Assembly (NCBI GenBank): GCA_951406725.2 | Contig: OX597829.1 | Location: forward strand, 14,446,001 to 14,510,000 | Source of the DNA: Octopus vulgaris | Taxonomy: Eukaryota | Reading direction: 5' to 3' | DNA length: 64,000 bases | In this document: positions 1 to 14,561 of the stretch, piece after piece | How the letters are laid out: each line of letters begins with the position of its first letter | How positions within the stretch are numbered: position 1 is the first letter of the stretch | The notes under the pieces: generated by a model | Seen by the model: only the letters and a program-made list of their open reading frames with translations | What the model was told of the DNA's origin: nothing | Databases searched by the model: none | Translations under genes and position numbers: made by a program

Positions 1-80
1 AAATGCCGCTAAGCATTTTGCCTGGCGTGCTATGTAATCTACAAGCTCGCTGCCTTAATAATAATAATAATAATAATAAT

Positions 81-397
81 TCTTTTATTAGCCACAGGGC
101 CACAGGGACAGAAAACAATTTGTGCGGAGATTTACATAAATGATGGAGGGAGATATGGGTGGGAGGGGGAAAAATGAAATGCGATAAAAGTATACAGAAT
201 ATACAAAGTATGTGATAACCTGAATGTTGGAGTCTTCTTCATACTGGAGGAACTCAAACTAGGACCACTTAAGGAACCCCCACAGAACCAGGATAACCCA
301 GGCTACGAAACGTGCGAACGCTCTCTCCTGCTCGCCAATCTACAGCTCATACTTAAAGTAGGGACATTCACACTAACTCTTTTTGTCACAGTCACCC
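81..397 (-). mobile_element. 5'-truncated Tx1/L1-like LINE 3' end, flanked by (TAA)n on both sides
   Basis: Minus strand encodes WVTVTKRVSVNVPTLSMSC, resembling the ORF end of the copies at ~8413 (WVNVARMARMNDEATLSIIL*) and ~45340. It ends ...ccctgtggctaataaaaga followed by (ATT)n. Confidence 0.6.
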
Positions 398-436
398 AAT
401 AATAATAATAATAATAATAATCCTTTCTACAAAAAA

Positions 437-836
437 GGCGCAGGAGTGGCTGTGTGGTAAGTAGCTTGCTTACCAGCCACATGGTTCTGGGTTCAGTCCC
501 ACTGCGTAGCACCTTGGGCAAGTGTCTTCTACTATAGCTTCGGGTCGACCAAAGCCTTGTGAGTGGATATGGTAGATGGAAACTGAAAGAAGCCCGTCGT
601 ATATATGTATGTATATGTATGTGTGTGTGTATATGTTTGTGTGTCTGTGCTTGTCCCCTCAACATCGCTTGACAACCGATATTGGTGTGTTAACGTCCCC
701 GTAACTTAGCGGTTCGGCAAAAGAGACCGATAGAATAAGTACTGGGCTTACAAAAAATAAGTCCTGGGGGTCGATTTGCTCGACTAAAGGCGGTGCTCCA
801 GCATGTCCACAGTCAAATGACTGAAACAAGTAAAAG
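437..836 (+). mobile_element. SINE family A (tRNA-like head, internal microsatellite, CR1-like tail), full length
   Basis: Head ggcgcaggagtggctgtgtggtaag...gggttcagtcccac with A/B-box-like motifs; tail ggcggtgctccagcatg..cagtcaaatgactgaaac. More than 20 recognisable copies or fragments in the window. Confidence 0.9.
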
Positions 837-1070
837 GTACGAGACCTGAAATTTTGGTGGATAGAGATTAATCGGTGACATCGATCGATCTCAGTGTGTG
901 TTTGGTAGCTATTTCTTCATCGACATCAGGGGGAAAAAAAAAGAAAGAAAAAAGACGAAGGCCAAGTCGACCTAAACGGGAGTTAGAACCATGAACGTAA
1001 ACAGCTACAAGAAATACCGCTAAAACATTTTGTCCGACGCGCCAACGATTTTATCAGTCTCGTCCATCAC
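837..1070 (-). mobile_element. SINE family B (Meta-like core), degenerate; its tail was split by the SINE A insertion
   Basis: Similar to copies at 19265-19860 and 44433-44970; the tail start tcctttctac lies at 421. Confidence 0.6.
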
Positions 1071-1216
1071 GCAACCTCTTTCGCCGTAGCCACCAGACTA
1101 CTGAGGAAAACTGCGCCTGCCCTTCCTCGTCCAAACGAAGGTGGTGGAGCAATCTTCATGATGGAATCAATAATAACTATGACACCTATATACACATAGG
1201 CGCGCGCATGGGTATG

Positions 1217-1263
<47 letters not shown>

Positions 1264-1267
1264 GGAC

Positions 1268-1311
<44 letters not shown>

Positions 1312-1584
1312 TTACAATTGGACACTGCAGTAGCGTGACTCTTCAAGAGGTCTGTGTTTTCAGCGTGCTTTTCATGTATCGATTGATGGCAATTCAAGTA
1401 TGGGACACACACACACACATATATGTAGTGTGCAGATTAAAGGACGAATGTTTAAGAGGTAAAACCAATAATATATATTAAAAAAAACGAAAATTAGAAA
1501 ATAGAAAAGAATAAAATGAACGAGTGAAAGAATGATGTGGATTGAATGAAGAAAAGACGGACGAATAAATCAGAAGAAGTAAAA

Positions 1585-1629
<45 letters not shown>

Positions 1630-1671
1630 ACACACACACACACTTCACACACACGCGCACACACACACACG

Positions 1672-2147
1672 CAGGCGTAGCTGTGTGGTTAAGAAGCTTG
1701 ACTCTGAACCACGAGTCTTCGGTTCAATTCCATTGCGTTGTACCTACCTTTAGCTGATCAGAGGTATGAGTGGATTTGGTTGACGGAAACCGAAAGAGGA
1801 CTGTCGTACACACACACACACGTAAATTTGTTGGTGTGTGCATGTATGCATTTGTTTATATGTATGCGTGTATGTGTGTGTATGTATGTATATATATATA
1901 TATGTCTGTGTTGTGTGTATATATATGTATTTGTGAATGTATGTATATATATATGTGTGTGTGTATTCGCGTTTATCTCTCATCTCACCCCCATCTATTG
2001 ATAACTAGTTTATTTATGTCCCCCGTAACCTAGCGGCTCAGCAATAGACAAAGCTATAGAATCTATACGGGGATGGAGTTCTGCTACAAGAACCTTCAAA
2101 GCGGTGCCCCAGCATGACCGCAGTCCAATGGTTGAAACAAATGAAAG
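1672..2147 (+). mobile_element. SINE A, degenerate
   Basis: Head caggcgtagctgtgtggttaagaagc; tail gcggtgccccagcatgaccgcagtc. Confidence 0.75.
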
Positions 2148-2149
2148 AT

Positions 2150-2262
2150 ACATACATACACACATATTTGTGAACACACACACACACACTCAGATATTTA
2201 AATATACGTGCGCGTGTGTATATATATATATATATATATGTGTATGTGTTTGTATATATATT

Positions 2263-2294
<32 letters not shown>

Positions 2295-2314
2295 TATCTG
2301 CACGCTTGTATATC

Positions 2315-2353
<39 letters not shown>

Positions 2354-2961
2354 CAATGAGCGAGGGAGGGACAACGGGGTAAGCGCAACAGAGCGAGTGT
2401 GTGAAGGAGTAAAGAATTGAGGAATGAGAGAATGAATGAATGTTAAGTGGAGGAATAAGATGAATGCTTGATAGGTAGAAGAGTTCAGTGATTAAAAGAA
2501 AATGTATTTAAACCACATATATAGATGTATATAATACAAACGCAAACACACACACAGACACACACATTTTTACATATACTGACAGATACATACAAACACA
2601 TATATATTCACACGCACACACACACAAACACGGTCATACACACACGCGCACAAACACACACGTATATATGCAGGATATACCTGGAAAAATGGAAATGTAT
2701 AGTTACACATACAGGTACGTGCAATGGCTTATTTACGTACTCAGGTAATATATACATAGATATATGTATATATACATATATACGCACATAAACACACGTA
2801 CACATATATAAATATACACAAGTATACCATTCTCAGGTAATATATATATAATATAATATAAATATGAATATATATAGGTGTGTGTGTGTTTATGTATATA
2901 TATATGTACGTGTATAGTGATAGGTGTGTATACATACATATACGTAGGTGAATAGCGACAG

Positions 2962-2996
<35 letters not shown>

Positions 2997-3173
2997 CGCA
3001 GGTAGTCACACGGACGCAGGATATACGTGTAAACATGGAAATTTTTCTTTAGAAATATAGGTAGGTGCAACGCTTTATTTACAAAATGAAATTGCTTTAA
3101 CATATACATGCATACATATCATACACATAAACGTTATCTTATATACAAATATATATATACATACACACATACG

Positions 3174-3234
<61 letters not shown>

Positions 3235-3246
3235 ATACATATATAC

Positions 3247-3297
<51 letters not shown>

Positions 3298-3386
3298 AGT
3301 TATACAAAAGTAGAATATATATGAAAACATGGGACTACATACTTATAGATAGGTGTATATGCAACACGTTATTTTCTCACTCAGGT

Positions 3387-3430
<44 letters not shown>

Positions 3431-3762
3431 TTATACATACAGACACACTCACACATTTGTCATAGATAGCGAAATAAACGCAGGACATACGTATGAATAT
3501 GCGAATATATACTTATAAATATAAGTGCGTGCGTGTATGTGTATATATACATATATATACAGATATATATGTATGAACGAATACATAGATAAATAATAGA
3601 CCAAACATAAACATACAGAGATGTTAGCTTTAGATAGATTTACACACTCACACGCGCACGCACACAGATGTACATTTATAGACGCACCTGCTTTCAGCCA
3701 TACATTCTCTTTTATATCCTCGCATATACAGTTTGATCGATAACAAGCTTAACAAGCTTAAG

Positions 3763-3804
<42 letters not shown>

Positions 3805-4480
3805 TATATACTTGTGTTTGTGTGTGTGTGTGTGTGTGTGTATTAATAATTAAACACACATGTAATTTCTTATATATAAATATATATATATATATACATA
3901 CATACATACATATATATATATATATACATACATATATATATATATACATACATACATATACATACATATATGTATATATATATATACATACATATATACA
4001 TATATATATATGTATATATAACTTGGAACATTCGCAAACACACAATAACACGCAGTAACATACACACACATGTGCATACACACGCATCTGCACTTTCATA
4101 TACGCATATAAGAATATATAGATGAATATATACACATACTTATAAACATGCGCATACATGCATATATATATACACATAGACACACGCAGCCATGTACATC
4201 CGCATACGCACAAACGATGTCACACACACATTCACCAAACGCACACACATTCATAAACGCACACACAGGGTAACGTACACACACACATATCCACACATGC
4301 ACATACACGAGCTGTCTCGCTGACATACTCACACACACACACACACACACCCGTGTATATACACACACACACACGCGCACATCCGCACACACATACACAC
4401 AGTCGGCCTCTCACTTACGGAAGCAGAGGCTCCGACTCGCTCTCACAACACGAAAACACTCCCGCGACCGGACAAACACA

Positions 4481-4515
<35 letters not shown>

Positions 4516-4537
4516 CACATACATATATATATATATA

Positions 4538-4595
<58 letters not shown>

Positions 4596-4887
4596 TATAT
4601 GCAAATACACGTATAGACATATATATGCCAACAAACCCAAACACATGCATATCAATACACATACACAGAGCCATAAGGCACTACACCGTGTTAACACCGT
4701 TAAACAGTGGAATACCAAATGTGTTTAGGAGACAGAGGATAAACAGATATAAACCTATTTGGAAAGATACGATGAGGTGAAGTTTACATATACACAGGTA
4801 AACCATTTAAGGATACGTATGTGTTATATATATATATATATATGTGTGTGTATGTATGTATGTATGTATGTATGTATATATATATAT

Positions 4888-4960
<73 letters not shown>

Positions 4961-4993
4961 CACACATACCTACGTGTGTATATATACATGTGG

Positions 4994-5036
<43 letters not shown>

Positions 5037-5265
5037 TGTATGTGTATATCTGATTTTTATATGTCTACCTGCATTCAACGTGATATGCCAGTGTGTGTGT
5101 GTATATACTTATACACACACACACATATATATATGTTTCTTATATGTTCACCTGCATACAACATATAATATACAAATACTATACAGTGTGTGTGTATGTA
5201 TATCTGCTTCTTATGTCTGCCTTTATACAATATGACATGCCATGCAATGTGTGTATATGTGTATG

Positions 5266-5319
<54 letters not shown>

Positions 5320-5447
5320 GTGTGTGTGTTTGTGTGTGCTTGTAACTATATGTTTGAATGTATACGCACATACAGTCGTACAAATTTCACCTGTGCTATA
5401 CACACATACATATATCGATACACATTTGTCATATGAATTAGTGTGTA

Positions 5448-5494
<47 letters not shown>

Positions 5495-5819
5495 TGTGCA
5501 TGTATATGTATGTGTATGTATAGACATGTATGTGTGTGTGTCTGTGTAGAAAAGTATATACGTATATACATCTTCTTGCATGAGTATGTCTATGTATGTT
5601 TGCATACACATGTATATTCATATTTATACATATTTATATATTTATTTATACATATACACACATATATTTATTTATATTTATAAATTTACTTATATATATT
5701 TATTTATATTCATATATAGATCTATTTATTTATATATTTATTTGTATCTATATCTATATTTTTATTTATATATATTATATATTTTTATATATGTATACAT
5801 ATATATTTATATATACGTT

Positions 5820-5871
<52 letters not shown>

Positions 5872-6045
5872 AACGAAATCCAAAAGCGATATATATATAT
5901 ATATATATATTATACTTATGTATATAAATATATATATATGTATTTATACGTGTGTATGTGCTTGTATGTGGGTATATGTACACACACACATGTATATATG
6001 CCTGTGTATGTATGTATATATGTAGGCAGTTATGTATATTAGACA
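2150..6045. repeat. Compound (TA)n/(CA)n/(TATG)n microsatellite field
   Basis: Directly visible; source of the YIYI/HTHT ORFs. Confidence 0.95.
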
Positions 6046-6446
6046 GAAAAAATTTTCACAGAGAAAGGTGTAGAACCGTCAAGTGGAATCTTGCTGTAGA
6101 GGGGTATAAGAAAAAATTATTTGTTTTTGCGCGCGTGTACACACACCTAGATATGCATAGATAGATATAACTTTACTTGTTTTAATCATTGGATTGCGGC
6201 CATCCTGGGGCACCGCCTGAAAGGGCTTTACTTGAAGAAAGTGGTCACCGTATTTATTTAGTCATTTTTTTTTCTTTTACGCTTTGTACTTCATCTGTCG
6301 GTCACGTTTTGCTGAACCGAATATATTCCCCTCTCATATTCACATACTCATTGCAGCGGTCCTTCAGTTTTTCTAAGCCCTTTCAAAGAACTCCTTAGGT
6401 TGGGCCTGCAGCCAGACCCTTAAGCCAGGAACTTTTCAGTGCTTCT

Positions 6447-6490
<44 letters not shown>

Positions 6491-6874
6491 CACACATACA
6501 ACGGACCTTCAGACAGTCAACCAAACCAACTCACAAGGCTTCTGTCGTCCCGGGGCTATCATAAAAGACTCTTGCTCAACGTGTCATGCTGTGGGTCTAC
6601 CGCAAGCGTTAAACTTTACTGAAAAACCCGAGACGTGAACCATATCAAGTTCGAATCTAGTTTAACGCATTGATAGATAAAAGTACCTTACAATAAGATT
6701 ACGTCTTTGAACATGGACCTTGTTCAAGGTTTATGTAGGAATTTCAGAATTCACCTTTTCTAACCTCTTCTTGCGATCACTCCGTGTAACCCTTGCTTAT
6801 CTCAGAGAAAGGACTAGATTCTCAATTGTCCATAAGCTAATGAAGTGTACTTTTTCGTGTGTGTTTCTCTAAGG

Positions 6875-7042
6875 CAGTCATGGGCAACCTGCTACCCGCG
6901 GGGCTGTAGCTGCGTCCTGCAAGATTTTCTGAATGGTACGTCTAACAAAATAAAAAAAAATCAATATTTTTGATAGTGCGGCCCACCTGATGATAAGCCA
7001 TATTTCATGCGGCCCCTTCCCAAAGAAGGCTTCCTATGGCTA
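6875..7042. mobile_element. hAT (Charlie-like) MITE
   Basis: Ends cagtcatgggcaacct / aggcttcctatggcta are imperfect TIRs; internal gcggccc motifs; 8-bp flanks ctctaagg / ctctaaac (6/8 match). Confidence 0.55.
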
Positions 7043-7189
7043 CTCTAAACGAACTCTTCTGCCTAAATGCAAGAAATAGCAGCTATTTGTCCCTGAGGTT
7101 TTGATTGGCTCTCACTGTCACATGTAGGATTGAAGGTCACGGGTTTGAGGGTAGAAATATACGATTTTTTATTGAATTGTTTCTGTCAC

Positions 7190-7436
7190 CAGATTATGTC
7201 CATGTTGGAACGCGATCTTAACGGATTTAAATCGAAGGAATCGACTCCAGTACTCATGTTTTATTGTTTCTTTTTTTTTTCTTTTACGACTGGCGCATAT
7301 TATATCGGTCTCTTTGGCCGAACTTCTTATATTACGAGGACATAAAGCAGTATCAGTTGTCCACCCACCACTCTTCGCCATCAGTGATGGTGAGAAAAAG
7401 CACACAGGCACACACATACACTTATAAACTTTTAAC

Positions 7437-7469
<33 letters not shown>

Positions 7470-7690
7470 GTACATACACATACATACATACATACAAATA
7501 CATTCATATACACGCACACACATACACACGACAGGCATCACACAGATTCCACCAAACAAATTCACTCATAAGGCATTGGACAGTTCAGGGCTAGAATAAA
7601 ATTCATTTATCCAAGGTGTTGATGAGTGGGTTTGAACTCGGAACCTCATGGTTGTGAACGAGTTTCTTAACCACACATCCATGCCTACGG
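7190..7690 (-). mobile_element. SINE A, degenerate
   Basis: tatcggtctctttggccgaac...tcttaaccacacatccatgcctacg is the reverse complement of the family consensus. Confidence 0.7.
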
Positions 7691-8219
7691 TATGTATGTA
7701 TATGTGTATGGTAGGCTTCCGCAGTTTCCATCTGTCAAATTCCTTTACAGTGTTGATTTATAATGTACTATAGCCTTGGGCTTATCGTAGAAGACGCACA
7801 GACACTCGCCCAAGTACTTCACAGTGGGACTGAACCAGAAACCGCGTTACCATATTCTTTACGTCATATGAATTTATAAACTTCGAAAGACGTGAAATAA
7901 TTCGTGATTTTTGTTGACAGTAGCTAAAGCTATAAATATTGTTTACAAGAGACGTGATTTCGATTCCCTCAGGCTGCCTTCGACTTTTTCCAACCGAAGT
8001 GTTTTTAACCCAATATTTAAATGCTGGTGTTTATAGCATTTGCTCCTTCAAGTTTCACAGTCGAAAGCAAATTATTTAAGGTTTTCTTGGAAAGCGTGGG
8101 TGTGTGGTAACAAGTTTACTTCCACACTGAATGGTTCTGGGTTCAGGTTCAGTCCCACTGCGTGGCACCCTGGGCAAAGTTCTGGGATTGGATCTGGTAG
8201 GCGGAACTGAAAGAAGCCC

Positions 8220-8866
8220 ACGGGAAGGAAGAGCTATTTTCACCATCCTTGTGGCTATGGCGAAAGAATGTATCTGGTGGACGCGTCTGAAAGGATTGGA
8301 GACAAACACTTTCCTCTCTGGTCAATCTCTCATCAACTTTTTCAAGTACCACTTGAAAAGGAAAGTGAGAGTAGAGAGGCAAGTTTTGTCTAGCGAATGT
8401 TTTAAAAAAGATGGGTGAATGTAGCAAGGATGGCACGTATGAATGACGAAGCTACCTTGAGCATAATCCTATGAACCCAGAAATTGAAAACAGAGGGTTA
8501 CCCACTTGCAAACAAATGTGGTAACATATAACAATATTGACGAAGGTTACCGTGGTCTTTTTCGTAGGCTTTTCTTCCCACGGATAAACCTTACTTGCTT
8601 TCCCCTTTACACCATATATCATGACACTGTGATACACGATCCCTATTGATCGTTTTTTTTTGCCTCTTCCCCTTTTTTCCTCTTTTGTCTTCTTTTTTCA
8701 TTTTTCTTTTCGTTTGGTCCTTTTCCCTTTTTTTTGTTCTTTTTTCCCTTTTACGATCCCTTTTGATGGAAAACCTACGCCCTCTTTTTTTTTCTTTCTC
8801 CCCCGAAAGAAAAGCTCTACCTTGTAACTTGTCCCATCTGTGTGCAGTCCTGTGTGGCCAATAAAC
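8220..8866 (+). mobile_element. Tx1/L1-like LINE ORF2 C-terminus plus 3' UTR
   Basis: Encodes REGRAIFTILVAMAKECIWWTRLKGLETNTFLSGQSLINFFKYHLKRKVRVERQVLSS, homologous to the 45300-45600 (-) copy. T-rich UTR ends ttgtcccatctgtgtgcagtcctgtgtggccaataaac. Confidence 0.7.
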
Positions 8867-8970
<104 letters not shown>

Positions 8971-9128
8971 GTGTGTGTGTGTGTGTGAATCCCTTTCCAC
9001 CCCACGCTTGACAACCAGGGTTCATTTTGTGTACGTCGTCGTAACTTAGCGGTTCAACAAAACATATAGACTGTGATAGTGGAAAGAACGGAGAAAAAAA
9101 AATTACATTTAAAGGTATGTGTATTCAC

Positions 9129-9177
<49 letters not shown>

Positions 9178-9298
9178 GAGAAAGAGAGAGAGAGTGAGAC
9201 AGACTGAGAGACAGACAATTAGATAGATACATACATTCAGATAGTAAGTATTCACACATACATCTCTCTCTCTTCATCTCTCTCTCATATATATATAC

Positions 9299-9374
<76 letters not shown>

Positions 9375-9951
9375 AAGTATGGTGTAGCTCATAAATCAAC
9401 CGAGATAAAATATATTAGTTTTTGCCTTTCAAGTTTTCACCCAGGGGTAAATGTGTCAAGCCTGGATTGTAGATTAAACATCATACCTCTTCCACGCCAC
9501 CTATACATTATTAATTGGCAGAAGACAGACAGACTCAAGGGCAAATGCACGAAGCTCTCGGCCTTTGAGTGACTCTGTTTGGGGTTCAGTCCGACTGCAC
9601 GGCACTTTGGGTAGGTTCCGTCTGTTATAGTACAAGGCCCACCAAATACGTGTTAATGTATTTGGTAGAAGGGAACTGAAGGAAGCCCGTCACACACACA
9701 CACACACACACATATACATTACGGGCTTTATATATATATGTGTGTGTGTATATGTATCCCACAACTTCTTGTCATCCGGTGTTGGTTTGTTTCTGTACAC
9801 GTTTATTTAGAATTTTGGCAAAAGAAACAGGTGCAATAATTATCAGATGAAAAAAAAAATAATAATGAAGTATATACTGCGGTAGATTTCTAAGACTAAA
9901 ATCCTTCATTATAGTGCCCCAGTATGGCCGCACTCCAATTATTCACAAAAG

Positions 9952-10073
<122 letters not shown>

Positions 10074-10232
10074 CCTATCTATCTATCTATCTATCTACAC
10101 ACACACGTGTATATATATATATAAAATTAAGATAATGTCAAAGAACATGAATTATGTAACTGACTTCATTAACTTATAGGTATTTCTACTATAAGTTGTT
10201 GTGCACTCTGAGCTGAATGACTCCATTTTAAA

Positions 10233-10302
10233 AGCTCTGAGAAGCAGTAAGGTGATACAAAAGCACTAATTTATGAGTTCACTACAGAAACAGCTGTAAG
10301 GT
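10233..10302 (+). ncRNA. Degenerate PLE-type hammerhead motif within an inverted-repeat element (~10125-10330)
   Basis: CTGAGAA-gcagtaag...ttcactaca-GAAAC-AGCT-GTA. Segment 10163-10187 is an imperfect reverse complement of 10286-10310. Confidence 0.4.
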
Positions 10303-10483
10303 AATGAAGTTGAATACGTAACACCTGTTACTTAGTCATTCATTTAATTTTTATTACGATCTGTACTCACTAACTCTTTATTCTGAAGTATATATATATA
10401 TTTATAACCAGTTCTTACAATTGGTGACAATATCGCTAATCGTAAACTAAACTAATCATTCAGTTTATCTCTCTCTCTCTCTG

Positions 10484-10542
<59 letters not shown>

Positions 10543-10568
10543 ATCTATCTATCTATCACGCATATATG

Positions 10569-10638
<70 letters not shown>

Positions 10639-10815
10639 GGTTCTCCAGTGCTACTGGTAACATGTAAACCAATACAATCTGACGCATGTTAGGTTCCAAC
10701 AAATGAGTCAACCATACCAGGTTTTCTTGGGGAAGAGGTTGATTATCGGATAACCCACGACATGAAAAATAATATTCATTAAAGGGTGGGGGAACTCAGG
10801 GAAGTCAACGGCTAT

Positions 10816-11204
10816 CCAAAGGCTATTATAAAAGACACTTGCCTAAGGTGCCATATATATATGTCGTTTTGGACACAAGGATTCCAAAGAATTTTACTCT
10901 TTTTCTTTCCTCTTTCAGGACGATCTTCATGAAGCCGGAGTAAGCAAAAACCGTTCATCGGTCTCGTGGCATACTTTCACCTGTTGCTACAAGCAATACC
11001 AACGTGTGTGAATTGTCCTACGCGTGACATTACTATTTTAAATAAGTTAGTGTGTGCGATGTCCACGGGATTTGCTTACTCCGGTTTCACGAAAATCGTC
11101 CTGGAAAGAGAAAAGAAAAAGAGTAAAATTCTTTGGAATCCTTGTGTCCAAAACGACATATATATATGGCACCTTAGGCAAGTGTCTTTTACAATAGCAT
11201 TTGG
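10816..11204. repeat. Long inverted repeat (~145-bp arms, ~95-bp spacer)
   Basis: 10816-10960 is reverse-complementary to 11057-11204, e.g. gtcgttttggacacaaggattccaaagaattttactc / gagtaaaattctttggaatccttgtgtccaaaacgac. Confidence 0.9.
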
Positions 11205-11490
11205 CCGCCCAAAGCCTTGTGAGGGGATTTGGTTGATGGAAACTGAAAAAAGCCCGCCATGTGTGTGTGTGTGTGTGTCTTTGTGCCTGTGTTTGGTCTC
11301 GTCTCAGCTTGACAAGCGGTGTTCATGTGTTTACATCCCCGTAACTTAACAGTTCGGCAAAACACACCGAAAACAAATGTGCCTGGTTTAACAACAAAAT
11401 TACAGGATGATTCCTTCGAGTAAAATGCTTCAAAGCCGTGCCCCAGCATGGCCGCAACTATAGTCTGATTACTGAAACAAGTAAAAGAAA
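11168..11490 (+). mobile_element. SINE A, 5'-truncated
   Basis: ggcaccttaggcaagtgtc...gtgccccagcatggccgc...ctgaaacaagtaaaag. Confidence 0.8.
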
Positions 11491-11515
11491 TTAATTATGT
11501 ATATACGCATATATG

Positions 11516-11551
<36 letters not shown>

Positions 11552-11576
11552 TGTATACATACTTCTATATACGTAT

Positions 11577-11688
<112 letters not shown>

Positions 11689-12001
11689 CCTTCAGATTAA
11701 TGTAAAATGGTTTTTATTATAACTAAACATAAAAGCATATAATGCTCGTGTGTGCGAGTGAAAGATATGTCTGTGTGTCCGAGTATGTGATCTGTCTGCG
11801 TGTGTGAAAGGTTCTCCTAAATATACATCCTATCTCTCTTAAAACTTGCATAATTCTAACATAGCATATACACAGTTTTTCACGCACACATTATACATAC
11901 ACGCACTATACATTCTCACACATTACACATACATGCGCCATACACACTTTCATATACTATATACATACGCACAATACATAAGCACGCAATACACACACAA
12001 T

Positions 12002-12045
<44 letters not shown>

Positions 12046-12072
12046 ACACTCTCTCTCTCTCTCTCTCTCACT

Positions 12073-12106
<34 letters not shown>

Positions 12107-12331
12107 TAATACACAGACATCTTAGTATCAAAGACAAACGTATAGAGAACCAGGATATATTGATTAGAAACCAGGTAATCACGTGGTTGATATTTTTTCA
12201 TTTTTGCGGTGAATGCACAGGCGTAGCTAGGTGGTAATAAAGCTCGTTTTTCAACCACGTGGTTTTGGGTTCTGTTCCATCGTTTAGCACCTTGGGCAAG
12301 TGTGTTGTACTGTAGGATCGGACCCACCAAA

Positions 12332-12369
<38 letters not shown>

Positions 12370-12982
12370 ACATGCACACACATACATATATATATAGGCG
12401 TTGAATTGGCTATGAAGTTAAAAAGTTCACTTCGAAACCACGTGGTTTCGGTTTCAGTCCTAATGCGTGGCACCTTGGACAAGTATCTTGTACAATAGAT
12501 TTGAACTGACCAAATGTCATGCGAATAAATTTCGTAGACAGAAACTGCGCGTAGAGTGACCAATACCGGGAATTAAGCGATGTTTGGGGACAAACGGAGA
12601 CGCAAAGACATCTACACATCGATATAACCATATGTGTATGGTTGATTCGTCAATACACACACACACACACACACACTTATATATACCATTGGACTGTGGC
12701 TATGTTGTGAACCGCATTCTCCAACAAATCGATTTCAGTAATTATTTCAAAGTCTGGTACATACCCGATGGCCACTCTTTTGCCGTGTTACGGTGGACAT
12801 AAGCTAGCCAACACCGGTTGTTAAGTGATAGTAGGCAGGACAAACGCGCGCGCGCACACACACACACACACACATATGTATGCATGTATGTATGTATGTA
12901 TGTATGTATATATGTACGTTTGTATGTATGTATGTATGTAGGTATGTTTGCAAGAATGTATGTATGTATGTATGTATGTATG

Positions 12983-13013
<31 letters not shown>

Positions 13014-13092
13014 GAATGTATTTATGTATATATGTAAGAATGTATGTATGTATGTATGTATGTATGTATGTACGTATTTATGTACGTATGTA

Positions 13093-13123
<31 letters not shown>

Positions 13124-13124
13124 T

Positions 13125-13158
<34 letters not shown>

Positions 13159-13629
13159 TGTATGTATGTATGCATGTGTGAAGTGCGGGCTTCCACTGAG
13201 TTTTTATCTACCAAGCGTACTCACAATTCTTTGGTCCGACTGGAGCTAAAGTAGAAACACTTGCTCAATGTATCGCACAGTGGGTTTTGCATCCGAACCT
13301 AAATTGTTGCAAAGCCACACTACTTTACGGTAAAAAGAGACCGACAGAATAGGTGCCAGGCTTAAAGAATGATTACTAGCCTTCATTCGCTCGACTAAAC
13401 GCTTAACGGCAGTTCTCAGACTAAGACAAGTAAGCGATAAAATATAAGTAGTGGGGTTGATATATTTGGCTAAACTCCTTCAAGGTGGTGCCCAGCATGG
13501 CCAAAATCCAATGACTGGAACAAGTAAAAGATAAGGGGTTAAAGGAGACGCTGCCTCAGCATGGGTACCGTTCGATATAATCTGCAGAGTATGATATATT
13601 TTTGTTTATTATCAGCTAAAGTTTAAAAT

Positions 13630-13725
13630 GTCATAGGACGAATGGGATTTTCGCCAGCGTTTTGGCTCATCGGATAATGACATTATCCTGAAAAGCAGAG
13701 AATTGGCGAAACTCCAACTCATGTG
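13630..13725. ncRNA. Back-to-back pair of hammerhead-like motifs
   Basis: Minus: CCGATGA-gcca-aaacgc-tggc-GAAA-atcccat-TC. Plus: CTGAAAA-gc..tggc-GAAAC. Centred on the palindrome ggataatg-a-cattatcc. Confidence 0.45.
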
Positions 13726-14142
13726 ACATTGTATAGATCAGTGAAATAAGCAAACAGCACATTCATACATTCATACATGTGGTCGTGTACACATACACAC
13801 ATACACAAGAAGAAAGAGAGAATGTGTATGTATATACTCATATTTATATATACGTATATATGTGTGTGTATGCATATATATATGTGTGAATATGTGTGTA
13901 TATATATGTAGATATATACATACATACATATATATATATATATATGTATAAAAATATATATATTTATGCATATACATACATATATGTATATCTGTATGTG
14001 TGTGTGTGTATATATATATATACATGTATACATACATATATGTATATCTGTATATATATATATACATATATATATATACATATATATACACATGCATATA
14101 TGTATATCTCTATATATATATATCTACATACATATATGTATC

Positions 14143-14177
<35 letters not shown>

Positions 14178-14561
14178 ACATACATATATGTATCTCTGTA
14201 TATTTATATATATATATATATATACACACGTATAATATGCATATAGAGATAAAGGGAGATATGTATATACAAAGATATTCACACACACACACACACACAC
14301 ATATTTTTACTTATACATACATACATACATACATATATAAAACATAAAATAGTGCATCAGTTTTTTAGCTGTATCTACTTCGAGTTCAGCTGTTAAACCC
14401 GAACTACTTTCCTTTCTCTCTCTCTCTTCATATCTATCTGTGTGTGTGTTGAATAACTCAAGTAGTGAACTATTTGATTAACGAACAGAATTATATTCAT
14501 ATACAGAAACTCTCGTATACAAATGTTTTTAATTGTATATCTTTGATTTCATTGCTGTTAT

